In this document: in pieces, positions 26,250-32,000 of the stretch
Layout of the letters: every line of letters starts with the position of its first letter
How positions within the stretch are numbered: position 1 is the first letter of the stretch
NCBI GenBank assembly: GCA_964354495.1
Contig: CAYHAA010000001.1
Span: forward strand, 364,827 to 396,826
Direction: 5' to 3'
Source of the DNA: an uncultured archaeon
Lineage (GTDB): Archaea > Asgardarchaeota > Thorarchaeia > Thorarchaeales > Thorarchaeaceae
DNA length: 32,000 nt
The notes under the pieces: model-generated
Database searches by the model: none
Told to the model about the DNA's origin: nothing
Seen by the model: only the letters and a program-made list of their open reading frames with translations
Translations under genes and position numbers: made by a program

Positions 26250-26529
26250 TCAGTCCAGAAATAGTCGCGATTTGCTCTCGAATCTCTCCCCTAAATATCT
26301 GTCCAGTCGTTGAAATGTGGGTCTCAGCCTAATTCCTTCCCTCTCTTTTCAAAGAAAAAGTGGCAAATCTCAGCCTGCTCTTGGCTCGTCATCGCTAATG
26401 CTCGGACAGGGGTAACTGCCTCATCGATTGCCATCTTTACTAGCAACATCCAGCCTTATGAAAGTGTTCAAAGATGAATCAGAATCTTCTTAGCGATGAA
26501 GTTACTCTGCCCATCTTGGTGTTGAATCC

Positions 26530-27657
26530 GTGCTAGAGTTTCGAGTGCTCTCACTTCTGAAGGATTTGGTGGCGACAAGCTCAGAAAACCCTCCTGGCCG
26601 TGAGGACAAAGTCGCCAAGGTGCTGCGTGACCATATGGAATCGCATGGAATAGGTTGTGTGTCAGTGGGTCCGAGCAGGCGCCCAAATCTGATATTCTCG
26701 AGTCATGATGGTTGCCGCGGCAACTTGGTCATGCATGGCCATATGGATACTGTGCCTATTGGCAAACCAGAGGCTTGGTCTCACGATCCCTTTGGATCGG
26801 AGATTGTTGATGGCCTTCTCTACGGAAGAGGAGCTTGTGATATGAAGGGTCCAGTCGCGGCACTAGCAGAGACCCTCATCATCTATGCTCAAGAACATCA
26901 TAATCAGCCTCTTCTTGTGCTCAACACATCAGATGAGGAGATAGGCTTTTCAGGTGCAGAAAAGGTAGTCAAGAGCGGGGAACTCGCTGGGGTAAGATAC
27001 GGAGTCTGTGCAGAACCCACTAATTTGCAGGTCCTTGCTGGGGAGAAGGGCCTGTTCTGGTCAAGGGTGGTGGCGACTGGAAAATCCGCTCATGGTTCGC
27101 GCCCAGAGGAGGGAGTAAATGCGATCAACGCATGCATTGAAGCAATTGATGTCCTGCTTTCTGATGAATACCCCTATGAAAAAGATCGACTGCTAGGTAA
27201 ACCCACTATTAACCTCGGACTAATCCGTGGTGGTATCATGGCCAATATTGTTCCGGATAGCTGCGAAGCACATCTGGACTTTCGGACTGTTAAGGGGCAG
27301 ACTCCTGAATCTCTCTTGAAGTTGATGAACGAGCGACTTCACTCTGCAGGTCTATCTGATCTAGTAAAAGTGGAATACATGCATGGAAAACCAGCAGTCA
27401 TGACACCTCATGACTCGGTTATTGTACAGGTTGCGGTTGAGGAGGTAGAGAGAGTGACCGGAGTTCGTCCCACCCTGGGAGCAGCTACATATGGCACTGA
27501 CTGCTCCGTCCTGCAATCGAAGTCTGGAATCCTCAACATCATTTGTGGACCTGGGTCGATAGAGCAGGCACACCAGCCTAATGAGTATATCAGTCTGAAT
27601 CAGCTGTACAAGGCTGTTGATGCCTATCTAGGAATAGCTCGAAGATTTGACCATTGA
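26530..27657 (+). CDS. M20 family metallopeptidase/deacylase (ArgE/DapE-like)
   Basis: HGHMDTVP, YGRGACDMKG, DEEIG, AEPT, SAHGS.PE.GVNAI, GPGSIEQAHQPNE. Confidence 0.9.
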   Translation: MLEFRVLSLLKDLVATSSENPPGREDKVAKVLRDHMESHGIGCVSVGPSRRPNLIFSSHDGCRGNLVMHGHMDTVPIGKPEAWSHDPFGSEIVDGLLYGRGACDMKGPVAALAETLIIYAQEHHNQPLLVLNTSDEEIGFSGAEKVVKSGELAGVRYGVCAEPTNLQVLAGEKGLFWSRVVATGKSAHGSRPEEGVNAINACIEAIDVLLSDEYPYEKDRLLGKPTINLGLIRGGIMANIVPDSCEAHLDFRTVKGQTPESLLKLMNERLHSAGLSDLVKVEYMHGKPAVMTPHDSVIVQVAVEEVERVTGVRPTLGAATYGTDCSVLQSKSGILNIICGPGSIEQAHQPNEYISLNQLYKAVDAYLGIARRFDH

Positions 27658-27942
27658 ATTGATTCTCCATGTAATCGATCCTGACGCTCAGCTGATATTC
27701 GATGTAGCTCCTAGTCTACAAATAACATTCACGACATCAGGATTCTCTGAAGAAGATGAAAGCATGGATGATGTGCTATTCCTCAACTTCATCTGATGAC
27801 ATCTGCGCTCGACCCGTATCCTTTAGTGGTTCTCTCATATCGATCAAGAAACGTCCTAACTATGAAACCGCAGTCTCCATCAGGGGAAGCTTTAAAGTTG
27901 GCGTTGTGTTGAATGAGCCTGCTGCGTTGTTGCAACTGAGCA

Positions 27943-28509
27943 GTGGGGCAATCTTTGATGCAAATCACCGTACTCTTCACACACCCGCTATTCCTGATTG
28001 TTATAGTTTGGATACTCGCAGCTGTTGCTGCAGCAATCTGGGTGCGCCGACCAAGAGCCAAAGTTGCCGAGGTACCCAAAGTGGCCAAGGTGACCAAAGT
28101 GGCCAAAGTCAAAGGGCCTCTGATGAAACAGATTGGCAAAATGATGGGTGAAACAGAGAAGGGCAAAAAACTCACTGTGCCCGCTGTGAGAACGAGGCAA
28201 GAGATAATCACACAAATGTTTGAATCAAAGATGGATGCAATCGGTATGGAACCATCCAAGGATGGCGGCTATATTCCTGTATCCTCTACACCTCTAGCAA
28301 GATTCCTGAAGGAACGCGGTGTGCCGGACGATACTATCAATGCAATTCTCGCAGGTCTCATGGAAGAGGAGCAGGAAATCGAAGTGCGAGCCATCATTGA
28401 CGCCGCAGCCGATTCGCCAGAGATTAATCTCGTTGGTAATGAATTAGACAAGGCGAAGGATCTCGCGGTGGAAGAATGGAAGAATCTTCGTGCGTCTGGG
28501 AAAGCCTAG
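27943..28509 (+). CDS. Hypothetical single-pass membrane protein with (A/P/T)KV repeats; start may be the ATG at 27958
   Basis: N-terminal hydrophobic helix (LFLIVIVWILAAVAAAIWV) followed by RRPR (positive-inside), KV repeats and an acidic helical C-terminal domain. Confidence 0.65.
   Translation: MGQSLMQITVLFTHPLFLIVIVWILAAVAAAIWVRRPRAKVAEVPKVAKVTKVAKVKGPLMKQIGKMMGETEKGKKLTVPAVRTRQEIITQMFESKMDAIGMEPSKDGGYIPVSSTPLARFLKERGVPDDTINAILAGLMEEEQEIEVRAIIDAAADSPEINLVGNELDKAKDLAVEEWKNLRASGKA
28057..28110 (+). repeat. Six degenerate 9-bp tandem repeats encoding AKV-AEV-PKV-AKV-TKV-AKV
   Basis: gccaaagtt gccgaggta cccaaagtg gccaaggtg accaaagtg gccaaagtc. Confidence 0.85.
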
Positions 28510-28524
28510 GAGGGCAATCGCAGA

Positions 28525-29250
28525 TTGACTGAGCTCTTGCACATGAGAGACAACTATCAAAGATCATTTGATGCTAGAGTTGTCTCATCCGGCGACGACT
28601 ATGTCATTCTTAATCGTACTGCATTCTATCCCGACGGTGGCGGTCAGTCCAGCGATGTTGGTGAGCTCTCAGATGGTACGCGTACTGTTCACGTAAAGGA
28701 AGTACGAAAAGTTGAGGGAGAAGTCGTTCATAGAATAGATGGACCTCCCTTTGCAAGAGACACATCCGTGCATGGCGAAATCGACTGGAACACTCGATAC
28801 ATGTGTATGCGTTTTCACACTGCTCAACATATTCTCTCTCGTTATCTTCAATTGAATTATGGAGTTGAAACGGTTGGTAACAGTATCTCGCCTAACGAGA
28901 GTAGAGCCGACTATTCGCCCCTAGATTCATTTGAAGACGAGATGAAGAGAAACGTTGAAGCTGGTGTGAACGGCCTCATTCGACGGAACTTGGATGTTGA
29001 GGTTAGGTTCATGCCACGCGATGAAGCTATCTCCTACCTGGAGCAGAGAGGATATCAAGCCCGATATCTGGAAATGGTACCCAAGTCCGTGAAAGAGTTT
29101 CGTGTGTTGCTCATCGGGGACTACGACGCCGCATCGTGTGCTGGAACTCATGTTGCCAACACAAAAGAGATTGGCGGAATCCAAATTGCCAAGTCCAAGA
29201 ATGTAGGAGCGGGCAAGCGACGCATATATTTTCAGATGCTTTCTCCCTAA
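28525..29250 (+). CDS. alaX: Alanyl-tRNA editing protein AlaX (AlaXM type)
   Basis: TAFYPDGGGQ.SD.G, HTAQH (HxxxH) and CAGTH (CxxxH) zinc motifs. TTG start with GGAGG upstream. Confidence 0.92.
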   Translation: MTELLHMRDNYQRSFDARVVSSGDDYVILNRTAFYPDGGGQSSDVGELSDGTRTVHVKEVRKVEGEVVHRIDGPPFARDTSVHGEIDWNTRYMCMRFHTAQHILSRYLQLNYGVETVGNSISPNESRADYSPLDSFEDEMKRNVEAGVNGLIRRNLDVEVRFMPRDEAISYLEQRGYQARYLEMVPKSVKEFRVLLIGDYDAASCAGTHVANTKEIGGIQIAKSKNVGAGKRRIYFQMLSP

Positions 29251-29320
29251 TTGGTACAATTTCACTACAGGACTAACAGTTTTATGCATAAATAGAGTGA
29301 GCAAAGGTAGTGTGAGCATA

Positions 29321-30616
29321 ATGAAGGCACTCGTGCTTACTGCCGGAGAAGGGCAACGGTTGAGACCCCTAACATCCAACCGTTCAAAATCGATGTTGAT
29401 GATCGCAGGAAGACCGGTCCTGCAATACATCATTGACAGTCTGGTCGCAAATGATATCCATGATATTGTCATGGTCGTTGGACATGGACGTGAGGAATTA
29501 GTCGATCATTTCCAAATGGGTGGCGATGAAGATGTCAAAATCTCATACGTCATTCAGCATAAACAGGAAGGTGCTGAGAACGCCATTCTAACTGCAAAGG
29601 AAGAGCTCAAGTCCGAAGAGGAATTCTTGCTGATAAATGGTGATGTTCTAGTTGAGCCCGAGATGGTGACCAGAACCCTCACTAATCACGAAACGACTGG
29701 CTCTAATGTGACAATGTTGGTCACACTAGTATCCAATCCTGAGCAATTCGGGACAGTCAAGATAGGCTCCAATGGTATCGTTCAGAAATTGGTTGAGAAG
29801 GGAGGTCCAGATCGCTATCTTAGCAATTACGCAGTAGCAGGAGTATCTGTCTTTAGTAAAGAAACTCTCAAGCTTCTAGAGAAACATGGCAAGATGGAAA
29901 CGGCCTTTGAAGAATTGATTGGCAAGGGGGAACAGGTCTCTGCTGCTGTGTGGGAAAAGGAATGGGCTGAATTCACGTGGCCTTGGGACATATTGAATGC
30001 AAATAGAATCGTGATGGACCGGCAGATTCGAGGGAAGGGGAGCTTCATCGCAGAGTCTGCAGAGATTCATCCGAGCGTTGTGATTGAAGGTTCAATCTTC
30101 ATTGATGAGGGTGTCATCGTCAGACCTAACACAACTCTGGTTGGTCCAATCTATTTGGGAAAGAGAGTCTATATTGGAAACAACTCACTGATTCGCGACT
30201 ATTGTAGCCTCTGTGATGGCGTACGAATCGGCTATGCCGTCGAGGTGCGGAATAGTATGGTCTTTGAGCGTGTGAATGTTGGCCGCATGACCTATCTTGC
30301 AGATTCAATAGTCGGTGCTGACACCTGCATTGAGGCTGGAGCGCAACTCTGGAATTGGAGACCAGGAGGCGAACCGCTCTTTCTAGAGAGCGGAGATGAG
30401 CGTGTCCAAGTGCCTTCTAGGAAGTTCGGAGCGATTATTGGGGATAACGTCGTTATCGGAGTAAATGCATCCGTATATCCTGCCACTCGAATTGGCGAAA
30501 ATAGCATTATCTCGGCCGGATGCGTAATCGAAGATGATATTCCTCCCAACAGTGAAGTCACAATGCAACAAAAGTTGAAAATCTCAAGCCGTAAGAATAT
30601 TAAAAGGTGTGATTAG
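29321..30616 (+). CDS. glmU: Archaeal GlmU-like bifunctional sugar-1-phosphate nucleotidylyltransferase/acetyltransferase
   Basis: KALVLTAGEGQRLRPLT.NRSK.M, LINGD and VEK, followed by hexapeptide (left-handed beta-helix) repeats and KFGAIIGD. ATG at 29321 preferred over GTG 29297. Confidence 0.82.
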   Translation: MKALVLTAGEGQRLRPLTSNRSKSMLMIAGRPVLQYIIDSLVANDIHDIVMVVGHGREELVDHFQMGGDEDVKISYVIQHKQEGAENAILTAKEELKSEEEFLLINGDVLVEPEMVTRTLTNHETTGSNVTMLVTLVSNPEQFGTVKIGSNGIVQKLVEKGGPDRYLSNYAVAGVSVFSKETLKLLEKHGKMETAFEELIGKGEQVSAAVWEKEWAEFTWPWDILNANRIVMDRQIRGKGSFIAESAEIHPSVVIEGSIFIDEGVIVRPNTTLVGPIYLGKRVYIGNNSLIRDYCSLCDGVRIGYAVEVRNSMVFERVNVGRMTYLADSIVGADTCIEAGAQLWNWRPGGEPLFLESGDERVQVPSRKFGAIIGDNVVIGVNASVYPATRIGENSIISAGCVIEDDIPPNSEVTMQQKLKISSRKNIKRCD

Positions 30617-31275
30617 GTCTTCGAGTTGCCATAGCTTCCGATTTCCCGACCATCCACGTAAACACAGGTGATTCCTTCTCGAACAATCAGCTCTATCTTG
30701 GGATCTTTGGTATCACCAATCACAGTGAACATGTTTCCATCGATAGAAATGTCAGTCTGTTTCTTTGAATGGTGAATGGTCAAGTCATGATTCGGCAGTT
30801 CACCCCGCGCTTTCCTGCTAGGGACAAGTCGCATCTCACGCAGGAGTGCATCCGACTGGGTTAATTCAAGTCCAAGGAGATGTCCCCGGATCGTTCTATA
30901 GCCTAGATACCTGTCTTTTCCTCGATTGATTATGTAGTCCTCGTATTTCCCAGTAGTCGCACGTTCAGCAGCAAGGTAAAGTCCTAGACCTCGTTCAATG
31001 ACATCCATATCTGTGCTTCTCTCTGTAGTGGAATGGTTGCTCTGAGCTGGATGGCTAAGTTCATGAGAAAGCAATCCTAGAAGAGCTGCTTCGTGCCACT
31101 TCCTCGTCTGAGTATTGCATACGATTCTGATAGTTCCCGGAAGCGAAATCCAGCTCACTGTGCCGAAGAATGATGTTCTTCTCCATCGGACATCAATATC
31201 ACTACCTCTTAGTTCAGGGTATGCTTCCTCTACAAGCAGGCGGATTAGCTCTTGCAGATCTCGATGTCTGTCCAT
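30613..31275 (-). CDS. Putative zincin-like metallopeptidase (HEXXH)
   Basis: ALLGLLSHELSH after a SprT-like beta region. Downstream E.STD.DVI.RG.G. Small C-terminal beta domain. Confidence 0.6.
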   Translation of the reverse strand: MDRHRDLQELIRLLVEEAYPELRGSDIDVRWRRTSFFGTVSWISLPGTIRIVCNTQTRKWHEAALLGLLSHELSHPAQSNHSTTERSTDMDVIERGLGLYLAAERATTGKYEDYIINRGKDRYLGYRTIRGHLLGLELTQSDALLREMRLVPSRKARGELPNHDLTIHHSKKQTDISIDGNMFTVIGDTKDPKIELIVREGITCVYVDGREIGSYGNSKT

Positions 31276-31317
31276 ATCTTCGTCATTCTGACGCTGAAAG
31301 ACTGACTAATGAGCATA

Positions 31318-31324
31318 TTTAAAA
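31318..31324 (+). promoter_or_regulatory. Putative TATA box of the eS25 gene
   Basis: TTTAAAA about 60 nt upstream of the coding region, followed by GGAGAG at 31368-31373. Confidence 0.5.
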
Positions 31325-31381
31325 GTGAAACTCCGGTTTTTCGCGCCGACCTAGTCAGCGCTATCTAGGAGAGTAATTATC

Positions 31382-32000
31382 ATTAGCAGAAAGAAGTGGG
31401 GCAAATCAACAGTCAAGACCGAGAAGACAATACGTGACGCAATTCCTAGGCCCGAGGCTCTAACGGGAATCAACGAGTATTTGGCCAAGGCTAGGTCTGT
31501 CACCCCCTACGATCTTGCCAATCGTTTCAACATCAGGATGAGTGTCGCTCGGCGAATCCTTAGAGAGAAGGAAGCTAAGGGCGAAGTCATTCCTTATGTG
31601 CGGGAGAGTGGTTTTGTTGTTTACACGACGCCAGCAGAAATCCAGAAGAGAGCGGGCGGCGTCCCGATTATGATTTCTGACGCACTTGCAGAAGTTGCAT
31701 CTTCGGTGACTGCAGAACCAGTGATCACTGAGGAAATGGAACTGGCTTTCTTGGCTGCAGGTACTCCTGGAGCTGTCAAGCCTAGTATGCTTGCCAGAAA
31801 AAGAAGAGAGGCTGGCGAGAAGAAAGTTCGCAAAGACACCAGGCCTGAAGTGATTGTGGAACCTCTTGACATTGCTCTTGTGCGCGGTCCTGAACATGTA
31901 ATCGAGCCCACCAAGAGTATTGCAGCAAGCGAAACAGCTCCCGTAGAAGTTCCAAAGAAGGCAGCTGCAAAGAAGGAAGAGCAGCCCAAGAAGGAAGTTC
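31382..32000 (+). CDS. rps25e: Ribosomal protein eS25 (S25e) with long C-terminal extension (3'-partial; probable non-canonical ATT start)
   Basis: Not in the ORF track because it runs off the window. Manual translation gives (I)SRKKWGK...VTPYDLANRFNIRMSVARRILREKEAKGEV...VVYT, the eS25 winged-helix pattern. The frame is open to the window end, and the nearest upstream in-frame stop is TAG at 31352-31354. Confidence 0.8.
   Translation, partial: MSRKKWGKSTVKTEKTIRDAIPRPEALTGINEYLAKARSVTPYDLANRFNIRMSVARRILREKEAKGEVIPYVRESGFVVYTTPAEIQKRAGGVPIMISDALAEVASSVTAEPVITEEMELAFLAAGTPGAVKPSMLARKRREAGEKKVRKDTRPEVIVEPLDIALVRGPEHVIEPTKSIAASETAPVEVPKKAAAKKEEQPKKEV

Noticed and set aside
22891-27657. dapA + dapA + dapE-like read as a lysine (DAP) biosynthesis operon
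   Set aside because: Both aldolases lack the DHDPS Arg and carry Fae domains. No dapB, asd, lysC or lysA is nearby. The M20 gene is about 750 bp away and M20 specificity cannot be assigned from motifs.
27659-27796. 45-codon TTG-started ORF (MILHVIDPDAQLIFDVAPSLQITF...) after the M20 gene
   Set aside because: No ribosome-binding motif or recognisable homology, and too short to support from sequence alone.
27789-28259. 156-aa minus-strand ORF with TLATLVTL repeats and the 131-aa plus-strand ORF 27756-28151
   Set aside because: Both are shadow frames of the KV-repeat membrane protein gene; their repeats are the same 9-bp array read in other frames.
183-30571. Numerous other 60-220 aa ORFs overlapping the called genes
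   Set aside because: They lie antisense or off-frame within well-supported CDSs, have atypical composition (Ser/Cys/Arg-rich) and show no family motifs.
31288-31360. Inverted repeat CTGACTA (31302-31308) / TAGTCAG (31352-31358) flanking the eS25 TATA box
   Set aside because: The arms are only 7 bp with a 43-nt spacer, too weak to call an operator or hairpin without conservation data.
31460-31989. Three minus-strand ORFs (145, 122 and 62 aa) in the ORF track at the right end
   Set aside because: They are antisense shadows of the plus-strand eS25 gene, which the track missed because it has no stop within the window.

Overview
Core-genome segment of an archaeon, most likely Asgard (Thorarchaeota-like). 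This assignment is inferred from gene content and style, not from a database search. The window holds about 29 protein-coding genes, many with GTG/TTG starts and GGAGG/GGTGA ribosome-binding motifs. I saw no rRNA, tRNA, CRISPR array or mobile element. Housekeeping and metabolic genes include surE, a uridine phosphorylase, a divergent PRPP synthetase, ilvE, a tungsten AOR with its 4Fe-4S partner, an MBL hydrolase, an M20 deacylase, AlaX, a GlmU-like enzyme, ribosomal eS25 and a short face-to-face-type histone. These are interleaved with lineage-specific unknowns. The best candidate for an undescribed system is a tandem pair of DapA-family (class I aldolase) genes, each fused to a formaldehyde-activating-enzyme (Fae) domain (22891-25773). 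Both lack the DHDPS-specific Arg, and their Fae halves have lost complementary motifs, which suggests a heteromeric formaldehyde-releasing or formaldehyde-fixing aldolase coupled to H4MPT. Other highlights: (i) a ChlD-like AAA+/vWA gene with an internal membrane hairpin and an A10 tract followed immediately by stops in both shifted frames (possible slippage giving a short ChlI-like subunit); (ii) an eS25 gene with no ATG/GTG/TTG start and a long C-terminal extension; (iii) a tightly linked pair of 880 and 815 aa unknown proteins; (iv) candidate CdvA-like, tandem PH-like, Sm-like and PAC2-like proteins.
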